A stretch of DNA of 63,141 nucleotides from Chara braunii (Eukaryota > Plantae > Charophyceae): positions 4,784,259 to 4,847,399 of the forward strand of contig BFEA01000012.1 in NCBI GenBank assembly GCA_003427395.1. The letters are read 5' to 3'. The number at the start of each line of letters is the position of its first letter. Position 1 is the stretch's first letter. Below, piece after piece: positions 1-20,442 of this stretch. Under the pieces are notes generated by a model. The model had not been told where the DNA came from and ran no database searches. It worked only from the letters and a program-made list of their open reading frames with translations. The position numbers and the translations under genes were made by a program.

Positions 1-445
1 ACTGAGGGGTCACCGGAGCGATGGTTGAGGGGAAGGAGGAAGAACATGTGTGGCCAGTGGCCACACTGCAACAACTGAAAAATGTGATACACGGCAATAC
101 ATAAAACCTTTTTATTAAAAAGCAATGCAATTCCCGCCTGTTCACAGCAAATAAATTGAAATACCATATTATAAATCGAACCTTTTCGAAAACTGAAATA
201 CAACACGGGGTACAGTGCGAGGCCTGAACCCGGTCACATCATAATCCGCTGCTGAAAATCCCTTTCCCCCTCAGCCCACTTGGGAACCAATCGTTCCAGT
301 TGCGTTCAGATGGCACAGAGAACTTGAAAACGCACCTACAGCCAGCTCAAATAAAAAAGCCCCAACAGCACACCGTGTCCTTGGGTCTCTTGAGAACGTC
401 CCACCCACAGGCCACTTGCGCACATGCATGTCACGCCGACAACGG

Positions 446-550
446 ACAATCCGCCCACTACTATTCTAGAAAACTTTACACAATCCGCCCACTACTGTTC
501 TAGAAAACTTTACACAATCCACCCACTACTATTCTAGAAAACTTTACACA
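446..550. repeat. ~33-bp tandem repeat x3
   Basis: ACAATCCGCCCACTACTATTCTAGAAAACTTT is repeated three times, with a further partial copy near 657. Confidence 0.85.
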
Positions 551-739
551 GATCTAATTGCTGACTGATGAACAATGTCCGGGAACATCATGCTTTCTCC
601 GTCGCCACCTACCTCTCTCCTCTCGCTCTTCAACTCCCTATCATACTCGCAAATGGACAATCCACCCACTATTATTCTAGCGCACTTCTTCACACAGAAC
701 AATGCCCTGGACACAATCCGTCCATATCACAGCCGTTAA

Positions 740-1095
740 TCGTGTGGTTTCTCCCTCTCCCTCTTCCCCTCCTCCCTCTCCTACTCCCCCTCCTCCCTCG
801 CCTACTCTTCCTCTCCCTCTTCCACTCCCTCTCATCCTTGCAAACACACAAACAGCAACCTACATATCCAGTCAAATCAAAAGACCCCTCCATCATACAA
901 ACATCTCCCTACATCCTTCGCCTTCGCCTTCGCCTAGTACATCTACACGCCCTTTCTAGATCCAATTCTACCCATCTTTGCTATATCTACCTTGTCTTAT
1001 CGATTGCCACTTCCCCCCCCCGCACACCCTCGCACCTCTGCAGGCCTTGCACCAGGTGGATGGTCTCTCTTATAACAGGAGCGACAAAAGCAGGG
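740..1095 (-). pseudogene. Possible degenerate LINE ORF1 fragment
   Basis: The minus frame at 1092-1042 reads CFCRSCYKRDHPPGARP (CX2CX4HX4 knuckle lacking the last C). A purine-rich acidic stretch follows. Confidence 0.3.
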
Positions 1096-4000
1096 GGGGT
1101 TATTTGGGGCCTAAGGGTCATGACTTCAACCCCTCTCCACACAATCTCATCTGAAGACTCTGGTTCGTACGCCAATCCTTCACTGCTGCAACCCAAAGAC
1201 TACTTCTGAGTCTTAGTACTGCTTGCCGCCCTGCTTCGAATAACATAACATGAGCCATGGCTGGTTTCACATTGTTGTTACAATTGCATACTCCCTCCCC
1301 TGGCTGGTTTCCTGGCTGGATACAGAAGGGACAAGAAACACAACAGATACAAACACACAAAAGCGCCTACTCTAGAAGACTATACTAGTTCTCCACCTCC
1401 ACTCTTGTGCGCATCGCATCCAAATTTCAGTCCAGAGGAGAGTATCAGCTCGAACGACTCACTGAGCAGCTACCGTAGACGTGCTACTATTCCCGTGCAC
1501 ACAAGGAAACGACCCTCCTTTCCAGCGGACGATCACCAATCAAGTGTCCACCTAACATTGACAAAGTTATCGGGACAAGTGCAAACGCAACCGCAACGGC
1601 GCAAACTCCTTTCCGATCCCTTCCGCCTCGCATAGTAGTCGATCAACTTGAAGAAAAAACTTCAAAACAGTAACAGAAACTTTTTTCAGAGAACTTAAGA
1701 AAACATGAACACTCAATGTGGTGGAAGTGTACATAACAAAAAAATCTGCCCGCTGGAGCTGGAAAAAGCTGAAGCTGCAGAGGATCTCAATGTGGTGGAA
1801 GTGTACATAACAAAAAAATCAACTCCTTGCAGATCCTGCCGGGCTGTGCACTGTCGGGAGACCCAAACCCTGAAGAAGCTCTCGCTGGCAGGCACGCTCT
1901 CACGGTCTCACGCATGCCTCCCCAATCCGAACGATCATGTTGAAGAAGCCGAACCTGGACGGCAGCGGCAGCCACGTTCTCACCATCTCACGAATGCCTC
2001 CCCAATCCGGTTGATCATGTTGAAGAAGCCGAACCTGGACGGCAGCAGCAGCCACGTTCTCACGCATGCCTCCCCAATCCGATGGATCATGTTGAAGAAG
2101 CCGCGACCACCAATCTCACAGCGAATTTGCAGACACCATGAGAGCCCTGATCTTCGTTGGGAGATCGAAGCGGGGAAGCCAACTTCCACCTCTCCTATGG
2201 AGGAGGCATCATCGATGCGGATGACTAACTTGAAAAGGATGACACGTGTACAACTGTGCAGTATGGGCTTGCGAAGCCCTTTCCTCTTTTTTTTTTTTTT
2301 TCCTGCTCGGTGAACCTTCCTTCGTTGGACGATCGCCTGCTTTATTGCCCATCAGCGATGGGATGGGTGGAGTTTGCTATCCTCATCACTGCCTGCCTCT
2401 TTTCCAACACCTCTCATCGTGTGTAGATTGCGATTCAAACTTCAAATTTCGAAGCCAATTTTCAATCGTATGTTAGCGCCAGATAGACAACCAAGGCTTT
2501 GCCAGGATGGTGGTCCCACGGCGGCAACGACAGCAAAATCAAACGCTTCCAACCTGCTGCGTTTCACCGTCAAACTTCCCTTTTTTTTTTTTTTTTGCAG
2601 ATACACATCATCATCCGTACTTAATGCAGATATACATCACCTCCTTTTCCGTTCGGATAAAAAAAAAAAAAAAAAAAGAGGAAACCTCCTCTCCTCCCTC
2701 TCACAGACTTTCAACAGTCCACTACATATCCATCATCTCCACATCGACACCCATTCAAATCAATACCTGACACAACCTAGATAAATGCCCGATCTTGCTG
2801 AAGAAGATATCGTAGCAATCATCACGACAACCGCTTACATAATCATCAAACACAGTTATACCCAGAAACTCTTAATATGGAAAAAAAGAGAAAAAGATGA
2901 TAAAATTAAGGAAAAGGAGAAGGCGGGGGGAATATGATGAAGAGCCCATCTCCAGCAAAATGCTGAAAACAGACATCTGTTTTGCAGTCAGGCAGCCACC
3001 TGCACAAACGAAGTTGGCACGGCTTGGGCCACCTGTGCCGAGGCGCACATACAACGATACCTACGTAGTACCTACCCTCTGCTCAGCAGCAGCGTAACAG
3101 AGCAACACTCGGCGATCAAACATCTCTGAGTCATCTCACAGATAACTGTCCAGTCCTCTCCGTCACATCTCATCTGATAGATGAGAGAGGGAGAAAAAAA
3201 AAAACTACCATTACGTTCAGTACAACGCTCTCAAAGCAGATTCAGCAGAAAGCACAGGCACAACAAGACACTCATACCAGAGTTGTGGTTGGCACTGGTT
3301 GCCACAGTGTGGCATGGAGACTCTGCGGCAAGATCGGTACACCTACTACCTAGTGCCCTCTTCTCTTCTCGTCAGCAGCATAACACACACTGGCACCTGA
3401 TAGTAGGGCCAAGTCCACTGATCGTCGTCAAGATCCCAGCTGGCAGACGGGAGAGGATTCAAACGAAAATACAAAGTAACGACACGCAATGCTTTTTTCA
3501 TAGTATTGCTCTCAAATCTCAAAGCACTGGAAACGACGACCTCTCTCTCACCTCCTTCACCAGAGATTCTCCACCCTTTATATCCAATACCCCCTCACAA
3601 AAACCGCACAGGCGAAGGGTGGGGGGGGGGGGGAGGAAGGGAGGACCCCCCCCACCACCCCCCCCTCCCACCCCTTTTATTAGCCATGTGAGTAGTGAAC
3701 AATAACACACTGTCTTCCCCCATCCTGTCTTCAGCGAATCGTGATCGTCGGTTGGACAGGGCCGCCATACGATACATCTCCAGCATCGTACAGAATCGTA
3801 CACCCAAGTCTAGGATAAATCGTACACCTATCACTGCGCAGCGTCGAAGTTTCACACCCAATAGACCTCCACATGGTGGTGGTACACGGAGAAAGAATTC
3901 TCCGGCAGTACAAGAAACAAATTCCCACTGCCAAAAAAAGCACAAGGCATTTTCCGGCGAACTGCTAGCTCCTCTTCTCCTTTGTTGTGGCTGGTGGTCC

Positions 4001-4684
4001 TGCTGTTCTGCACCCCCTGACGGAAAAAAATTGACGCGCATGGAATCGAAACGCTCCCCTTCGTGGCTGCTGCGCAGCTGACAGAACCAACAGCACAAAA
4101 GATTTGTGCAAGCACAGTAGTAGCCGACAGAACCAACAGCACAAAAGATTTGTGCAAGCAAAGTAGTTATTTCTGTGCTCGCTGTCGAACCTCACTGCCA
4201 CCGATGGCGGATGGACGCTGCCAACAAAGACAATTCGCTCATCCTACAGATGGATAGATCCCTCACAGCTACGATTGCCAATTCACCTTTCCCTCCTCTC
4301 AGCCAGGCGCCAACAGCAGCAGAAGCAACCACATATTATTGGATTTCCGCCTCGCACTCTTTCCAAGTCACAAAAATGTGACAGAAAGAGAACAGCCACC
4401 AACCAAATCGTGAACAGCCCACCTCGCACTCTTTCCCCGACGGAGTCTTCGATGAGGAGTTTATACACAGCCAGTGTCCTAAAAAAAAACACTCCCTGAC
4501 AGCCCTGCATTCATCAAATGCCCTCCTTCCCACCCTCCCCTTCCCAACTTCCCCTCCCCCGCCTCCCCCCCCTCCCCTCCCTTTCCCCTTCCCCCCCCAA
4601 CCATAGCCAGGGAAGGATGTGCACTGATCCGTGACATGCAGAAACATTATCCATCATGGGTGCGGATATCCGCAAAGCCCACGA

Positions 4685-5520
4685 AGCCCAGTCCCATGGA
4701 GATAGATGATGATGCATCATCTGTCCATCTTCTCAGAAGTAAATAGTCAACGCCCAATAAGTCAACACCCAATAAGTCAACGGCCAATAAGTCAACGCCC
4801 AATAAGTCAACGCCCAATAAGTCAACGGCCAATAAGTCAACGCCACAATGGATACCAGTTCCGGAGACGAACAAATTGTAGATCAGAATATCTTGATTGA
4901 GGAGCAGATTGCATCCAGTGGCACCCTCTGACAGACAGAGTCGCCAGCAAGAAACATCCACGGCTACGGCAGCTAATGAATGGACCCCTCCATCCACCAG
5001 CAACGAATCATAACCGCGGGAGGATGAACGAACCCCGCTCATAAACTTTCATCAAGATAGATGATGACGATTCATCTGTCTATCTTAGCAGATCGAACAG
5101 CGAATGCCTCAGTGGAGATGGGAAGGAGATGATCTATGACAATGCAGCGACTGACACCGACTGTAATAAGTCTTAGACTGCAATACCTTGATTGTCGCCC
5201 TGGTCATGGTCGGCCCCGGAAATCGCACGTACACGTCCATGAGTGCATGCAGATGTCCGCGAATTCTGCAAGCCCAGTCCCATGGAGATAGATGATGACG
5301 CATCATCTGTCTATCTTCTAAGTAAGTAAATAGCAATGCCTCGATGTACGCAAATTCCGCAAGCCCAATCCCATGGAGATAGATGATGACGCATCATCAG
5401 TCTATCTTTTAAGTAAATAGCAATGCCTCGATGTCCGCAAATCCTGCTAGCCCAGTCCCATGGAGATAGATGATGACGCATCATCTGTCTATCTTCTCAG
5501 TAAATGGCAATGCCTCGATA
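4685..5520. repeat. Minisatellite complex: 15-bp unit x~7 (4745-4843) and ~93-bp hairpin-containing unit
   Basis: AGTCAACGCCCAATA tandem. The hairpin AGATAGATGATGACGCATCATCTGTCT occurs, with variants, at ~4700, 5056, 5287, 5377 and 5464. Confidence 0.8.
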
Positions 5521-5707
5521 AACGGGAGTCAAAACCAAACCGTGGATCAAAATATCTTGATTGAGACCGTGCTCGGTCCCCAAAAGAATACCAGTTCGAG
5601 CTTGAAACACGCTATCAAACAAAATCTTGACTTCGGCATTTGTGCATTCAACTCAGGTAGACACAACTTTGCCCGCCTGTTATATCTCTGCTGCATCGGC
5701 CATGTGG

Positions 5708-5754
<47 letters not shown>

Positions 5755-5756
<2 letters not shown>

Positions 5757-5792
5757 GTCTCTTATACACATCTAGATGTGTATAAGAGACAG
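5755..5792. other. Nextera mate-pair junction adapter (Tn5 mosaic-end dimer), assembly artefact
   Basis: Exact CTGTCTCTTATACACATCT+AGATGTGTATAAGAGACAG, followed by a copy of 2246-2340 and an N. Confidence 0.98.
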
Positions 5793-5888
5793 GTGTACAA
5801 CTGTGCAGTATGGGCTTGCGAAGCCCTTTCCTCTTTTTTTTTTTTTTTCCTGCTCGGTGAACCTTCCTTCGTTGGACGATCGCCTGCN

Positions 5889-5930
<42 letters not shown>

Positions 5931-6011
5931 ACAAGCAACCATGCTCTCTATGTGTGCGTGTGAGAGATAGAGAGAGCACAAGCAAAGCATTCTCACTCCG
6001 TATGTGTGAGT

Positions 6012-6049
<38 letters not shown>

Positions 6050-6180
6050 ATCAAGGCCGCTGCTGAGGATCAAGTGGCCATTGCGGAAACTATTGCCAAT
6101 AAAAGCTATCTTCTCACCCCATGGCCTCCGCTAAGCGTCGCGTTCAGCTTGAATCACTGCCGCTCGACAGAAATTGCCAA

Positions 6181-14187
<8,007 letters not shown>

Positions 14188-15694
14188 CGCGGTGAATCCT
14201 TGTCGTTGGGCAGTCAAAAGTAGCAGCGCCCTCTTGTCACTGAGTGTCCTTCCTCCAAAATTCCAAATCAAGCAGACTGCCACTGACAAAACTAGCTATA
14301 TATATATATAGAGGCAATAGTAATCATAAAGCAAAAAAGAGAAGCAAAGTGATCGAGTCGCCACAGCCAACAGCCAACAGACAAACGATGTCAATAGTCT
14401 AGACTCGAAAAAGCCGCAGCAGCTGTGCAGCAGAGCTATCGAGGAGAACGTGGCAAAATTTGCATGGCAAAAAATTAGGAAACAGGAAACAAGAACACGG
14501 ACAAATATTACCGACACAGTCATCAGAATAGCAGGAGCTGCAAAAAAAAAAAAAAAAAAAAACGGAATAGGAGCTATCCGATATCTATATACATATATTT
14601 TATCGATATGTTATCTAATATTATATAATATATTATTTTTATATTATTATGTTATTTTTTTATTACTACACATTTGTTTTTTATTTACATATCATATAAA
14701 AAGGAAGAAGCAGGCCCTGGAAGACGGTCAGTCGATGGGAGTCATGGGACACATTGCGCCAAGTCCCACTAGCGGCGGTCATGTTCCTGTCTTCCGAACT
14801 ACGCGGCACATTGCGACGGCGGGCGTTGTGCGGCCTTATTTTCTCCGTGGGTCGTACAGTTCTTCCACATGAAGTACCTTAAAAAAAAAAACAGAGAAAA
14901 AAAACGCAAAGGAAGCTGTGCCCCCCGGGCTAAGTCCCACATACACCGTTGAGTCTCAACGTTGAACTAGCTCAACGTGTGCGACCCCTCACGACGTCTA
15001 AGATGCATCCGGAGCTGCACATCCAGCGGTTGTTCCTAGCCTCCTAGGTGTATAAAATACATAAGACTTTCGTTTTTGTTTTTCCTTTCAATAAAGGTGC
15101 TAAACAATCCTTCCACCCGAATACAAAGCCCCCTACCCTGCCCATCTTCCGCTGAACTACATACCCCACTTGCAGTGGGGTATCGGTTCAACGGGGCTTG
15201 TGCCATCATGACCTACTGTGGGAGGACGCTCTGACAGCCGTGGGAGGACACTCTGTCAGAGTGTTCATGCTTTGTTTGGCTGTGCAGCCCCAAACTCGTT
15301 TCTGCGAAGGCACCAAGCCAGCAGTACTGTCCAGGTTCATTTCATGTTGTAGTGAGTCCCTGCCTCGGACGTTGCGTAGTATGCGGAGACTTTCACTGAG
15401 GACTGTTGTATTTTAGATTTTACTTTTTAGAAAATACGGACAAAGGTTTCAGTAGAATTTGGTTATTCATTGTTTATTGGGAAATAGGCCGTTGTCGCCG
15501 GGTATGGCGTATGAATTATGGGTCCATCTCCTTTTCTCGACATTCACAAAAAAAAAAGAAAAAAAAAAGAACATATGGAAGTGTATCTTTCCATGTTCTT
15601 GCGGAAATTTCATTGTCGAATTCCACCTTTGGAGAGCAGTGCAGGGAGGCCCAATGGTGAAGCTTTCCTCTGTCGAACAGACCATGGTCATCTC

Positions 15695-15860
15695 GGCCGT
15701 GGTCCCACTAGCGAAGGGGATAGGACAGAAATCCTGAATCTGGCTATGTTTTATGCCGAGATACAGAAAAGCAGTTCGATCTCTATTTCCTGCTCCTGTC
15801 CTGAAAAACATCCAGATTCTGGCATTCAATCCGATGCTCTTTGCTAATGTGACCACGGCC
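15695..15860. mobile_element. Harbinger-like MITE, family B
   Basis: TIR GGCCGTGGTC(C/A)CA, flanks CTC/CTG, and the same core as 16508. Confidence 0.8.
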
Positions 15861-15938
15861 CTGGTGATGCAAGGTTTTGCTACCGTAACTCTCGCCTCCA
15901 CACGTGGCAGGTGTTTCATAAACGTTTTTCTTCCTGGT

Positions 15939-16021
15939 TTTTTTTTTTTTTTTTTTTTTTCAATGGACCTGATCAGAACAGATACTACACTTGATCTTAG
16001 CCAAAAGGCCGAGAAAGGTAT
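15939..16021 (-). pseudogene. U2 snRNA 5' fragment (~nt 1-53) with poly-A tail
   Basis: The reverse complement is ATACCTTTCTCGGCCTTTTGGCTAAGATCAAGTGTAGTATCTGTTCTGATCAG, followed by GTCCATTG and poly-A. TTCCTG flanks both sides. Confidence 0.92.
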
Positions 16022-16507
16022 TTTTCCTGTTTTTGCACTCTCCCTTTGTGTGTCTTTTTTTTTTTTTTTTTTTTTTTTGCAGTCCCTTCGTGTTTTCGAT
16101 TCATCACTCCCATATCTCGAACGGAACTGGCGGTCCCCCTCTCTAGCGTGATGTGCACCGCCCCAAAGGAGGACTCACATACCATACCACCTTAGACATA
16201 AGAAGGTGATTGAACATCTGCACTGCCCCGATAGGGAAGCACCGAGTTCACCGCCTGCCTGCCTCAATAAGCCAACGTGAAACAGAAGAGAATGGCCTTT
16301 TTGCCCTTCGATCCATGGCAATCGGCGGTGGCAAGGAGTGTCACACAACTGGGAGGTGGTCCCCATTACCGGACCAGGAGCAATGCACCTAGGAGCAATG
16401 CTTGGTAGTGGGACTCGGACCCCGGGGTTCAATGCAGTGGTAGCGTTATATGATTACGTTTATTTTTGCCCCCCTCGCAGTCACGGCTTCGAGGGTCCGT
16501 CCTGCAG

Positions 16508-16674
16508 GGCGGAGGTCCCACTAGCAAAGAGGATAGGATCAAGCTCCTGAATCTGGACGTGTTTTATGCAGAGGTGCAGAGAAAAGCAGTTCAATCTGAT
16601 TTCCTGCACCTGTCCACAATGACGTCCAGATTCAGGCATTCGATCCGATCCTCTTTGCTAGTGGGACCACGCCC
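16508..16674. mobile_element. Harbinger-like MITE, family B
   Basis: TIR core GGTCCCACTAGCAAAGAGGAT with 3-bp TSD CAG. Other copies at 25417-25534 (TSD CCG), ~40261-40427 and partial ~13495-13635. Confidence 0.85.
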
Positions 16675-17000
16675 CAGGCGTCCGGATTGTCGATCACGCA
16701 TTTTTTCTTGGATACGTTTTCCTTTTGTCCTGTAGTGGTTGGCGCCCGAGGTTTCCTCGTCCCTTTTGTCCCTTTTTTGTGGATTTTTTGTGCATTTTTT
16801 GTCCATTTTTTGTCCATTTTGTCCAATTTTTTGTCCATTCTGTCCTTTTTTTTCCCTTTTTTTGTCGTTTCGCAGTATGCGGGGAGCAGTGCTTCCCCGC
16901 ATGTCAGAACACACGTAGGCCTTCAGAAAAAGCCAGGCCTTCAGAAAAGGCCGTGACTCGTGAGCGCCTCACGCGGCCTCGCTCCACTGCCGCGTTCTAA

Positions 17001-17170
17001 GGGCCTCGCCACACCATTGTCGAAACGAGAAAAGAACGAATGCATCCACCTCAGAAAGTTGGTAAGATGCATCCATTATTACTATTACATCGTAACGGAT
17101 GCATCTTGCCCTTCTCTGCGCTAAGATGCATTCCTTCGTTTTTCGTTTCGACAGTCGTGTGGCGAGGCCC
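17001..17170. mobile_element. Tourist-type MITE, family D
   Basis: TIR GGGCCTCGCCACAC with TAA TSD. Relatives at ~17950-18110, 22685-22830, 27027-27267 (TAT flanks) and 40141-40240. Confidence 0.88.
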
Positions 17171-17431
17171 TAAATGTAACTCCGATTGTTTCCAGGCCTC
17201 GATCATACCGTATCAATTCAATAACACTAAGTCTTCCCCCGAACACAACACCCCCTCATTTCGATTGTATCGGACCGCAAACATACCTTGCAATGCTTGC
17301 ATACATTCATTTTGAGAATTTTTGACGGTGCGTTATGCTCGGGGGAAGACGCCAGGTGCATGTTTTCTACACGGCAAGCACGCCATTATATTATATTACG
17401 TTAAATAAAGGCAGGGCTACTACGGTAGCCC

Positions 17432-17826
17432 TTTTTTTTTTTCTTTTTTCTTTCTTTCGAGGGCTGCGCCGCCCTCTGCGCCAGTGGAATACAGAGGCAA
17501 CGCTTGGAGGCGGTCGTGGTCGGGGGCCAAGTCCCACTAGCAGCGTTGAGCTACCTCAACGCCTGAATGTGGACGCTTTTGCGGAGCTGTGCCAAAATGG
17601 TGTCGAATTTCCTGAACTGCACGTCTCCACAAATACGTCCAGATTCGGGCGTTGAGGTAGCTCAACGCTGCTAGTGGGACTTGGCCCCGGGGAATCAAGC
17701 TTACCCTTACAACCCCTCCATACCCCAAAACAATTAATTTAATATCGTTGTAGACCGATGGACCACGGATCAGATCTGATGATCAGAACAGATATTCGAT
17801 CTTAGCCAAAAGGCCAAGAAAGGTAT
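17432..17826 (-). pseudogene. Near full-length U2 snRNA retrocopy with poly-A, interrupted by a MITE
   Basis: 5' ATACCTTTCTTGGCCTTTTGGCTAAGATC, then stem II region, Sm-site-like AATTGTTTTGG and a loop-IV-like TATTCCACT hairpin. It has an A-tail and the TSD CGGTAGCCC at ~17423 and ~17830. Confidence 0.82.
17524..17687. mobile_element. Harbinger-like MITE (GGGCCAAGTCCCACT TIR)
   Basis: ~38-bp perfect TIR with TSD CGG. A related element at 24393-24489 has TSD CCG. Confidence 0.88.
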
Positions 17827-17852
17827 CCCCGGTAGCCCTTTTCAAAACGTGT

Positions 17853-17923
<71 letters not shown>

Positions 17924-18192
17924 GTGCTTGCACCCAAGAGCCTACGGAGTGGCCGCACGGCGCACGAAATGAAAAAGGAAACGAATGCATCTTCCAGCAG
18001 AAATCGCCCGGTTCATCGGTTTTCTGTAAATAGTAACGAGTGTATTTTGCCACTTTTCGTGGCCAGATGCACTCGTTTCCTTTTGGTTTTGTGTGCCGTG
18101 TGGTGAGGCCCTACGTCACGGTACCTCAGTGCATACACCCGTGAACTGTTCAAATACCGACCCAAGATCGAATCTGTATAATGGAACTTGAC

Positions 18193-20442
18193 CGCAAACC
18201 AAAGTCAAGACTGTGGCGCAATATCCTGTCTGCATGGCAAAAACTCGCCCCCGAGCTTCTTCGACCGCCGGAGACCGGGGGGAAATCCTCAATCAGATTC
18301 TCTTCGAAAATCCTCTCATAGTCTCTGTTACGGGTTCTTGCTTGAAGGCAGATGGAAGCCCAGGCAGCTTTGGCAAAGCCTGGGTGGAGAAGGGAATAGT
18401 GCAGCTCAAGCATCTGTGGGACATGGAGGCGGATGCATGGCTTCCAGTGGCAGAGGTTAAAAAAAGGCTGCTGCTTCTGAGAAATGTCGAGCACAATAAT
18501 TATGAGATTCTGAAGAATAGTGTCCCAGAGTATTGATTGTCTTTGCTGCCGCAAGAGGTGCAACACAGGCAGGGGGCCTGGATTCAGGATCCGACTGAGA
18601 ACAGTTGCGTTCTGAGGGTGTTAGGAGTCTTAGGACCAGACCTACCTCAAGGTGTTAAAGTTCAAGTCTGGGAGAAGAAACCAACAACCTGGGCAGCTAC
18701 ATCCTTCACACGGCTTATTAATAAAGGGGAGAAATCCATCCCCTCACCACTGTCAACAGTTGGGCTGCGAGAATGCCGAGTGTGGCTTAAGGGGGAAGGT
18801 AAGAAAGACGAGGCCTTGCTGGTGTCGGACGATGCTTCAGCGATCCAAGTTGAACCCCTGTTGTATGGATGGAGAAACAAGACAAAGTCGGACCTGCTGT
18901 ACCCAGTCGGGTTGCACAAGACCAAGACAGGGACCCATATATTACAAACTGCAGTGAAGAAACAACCTGAGCTCTGGTTACGGCAACAGAAAGACTGAGT
19001 AGGGAGCCAGGCTTCTCACTGGGCAACCTAGATCCGGAAAGATCTGTACGGTCTACGCCGACTCTACGGCGGGCACTTAAGTTTATGGTATCCCAGAAAC
19101 AAGCGAGTTTAATTTGGCTCCAATGGTTATCGGTAACGCCCTCGGCTTCCTGGCTGGCAGCACGGGGTATGGATCTAGAAGAACAGTGTGGCAGATGTAA
19201 GTGGGGTTGGGAGAATGCCTCCCATATCTGGCTCTACTGTCCGTTCTCCCTCCAGCTATGGGAATGGTGGAAAGGCAGGTGGAGCTTATTAGTAGGCTCA
19301 GAGTTCACCTGGTCACATGAATGGACACTGCATGGCATGTCCCCCTCGGACTATTCAAAGTGGTGGGCATATGTAGCCCTGGCCTGCGGGGGGATCATCA
19401 TGGATATATATAATTTGGAAAGCACGGAATACGGTAATATTCCAACAAGACACTAGCACATTTCAGGCTCAAGTGGCTGCAATGAAGTCTACGATCAGAC
19501 AGACGATTAGAGCAGACTGGTACCATCGAGCCCGGACTCGTAAGAACCGGTTTTGGTTCTCTCAGACGTGGGGCAAATCCAAGGGCCTGGTGGAAATATC
19601 GGCGGAAGGAGACTTAAAGTTTGCAGAGTGGCTGCTCCATGACACAAATGACTGAGGGGCCGCTGTTAGGCCGGTGGGACAACCTCTATGGCTAGGAAGC
19701 AGCGCTTTTTACCTTAGCTGCGTTAGCATCTTCTCAAAATTAAAGGTTTGTCGACTCGTTTTTTACATGGCATATGTAACATTGGGATTAAACCACCGCC
19801 GCGCTGGCCGCCCAAATCTCGAAGCAGCGCGGGCTGTCGATTCGATTTATTGATTCGATTTATCGACGGCCCGCCAGCCGCGGAAATCGCGTAGCGTTAA
19901 CGCTAAGGCGTCGCCCAAGTACTGGTGGTTTAAAGGGCGGCTTTAGCCAGTTGAAGCCCTGTTTAGATGATTTGTTTTGGTTGCTAAGCTAGATTTATGT
20001 CTTTTGTTAGGCGAATAGTTTATCTCCTGTTTCCCGTGGATTTGGATTGTGTGAGAATTGAGGGGGAGTACCTCCCGGCTTCCGATGGTTTCAAGCTGAG
20101 GGGTGCTTTTTAGGCAGTATTGGATGGTACAGAGTTGAGTAGGGCTGCCCAATTGAACGGCCACAGGGCCTGGAATGGAACTCCAAGTCTAATTATAGAC
20201 TAATAGTGGTTGAAGGTTGTGTGAATTATTGACATATCTTCGTTCAGCCATCCTTTTTACTGTGCCTCAAGGTAATTTCGGGGAGTTACTTTCTGAGAAG
20301 TCGAGAGGTCTTGGGACGCTGGACCCGGTTTCCAGCAGGTTACCTGTTGACTATTCCGGGTAGAATTGGGAGGTCCCCGGCCTCGACCTTTTTCCTAATA
20401 TAAAGCAACAACTTCTCAAAAAAAAAAAAAAAAAAAAAAAAA
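18193..20442 (+). mobile_element. 5'-truncated L1/Tx1-like LINE (ORF2 C-terminus with zf-RVT, 3' UTR, poly-A)
   Basis: Broken ORFs at 18213-19655 include CGRCKWGWENASHIWLYC. Poly-A is present, and the TSD GGAACTTGAC is at 18183-18192 and 20443-20452. Homologous to the 41555-44042 element. Confidence 0.92.

Noticed and set aside
1705-2313. 202-aa ORF
   Set aside because: It is built from short direct repeats, with no domain signal.
4685-5520. CRISPR-like palindromic repeats
   Set aside because: Spacers are irregular or themselves repeated, there are no cas genes, and the context is eukaryotic.
5755-5792. Tn5/IS50 transposon ends
   Set aside because: This is the synthetic Nextera mosaic-end junction, not a natural element.
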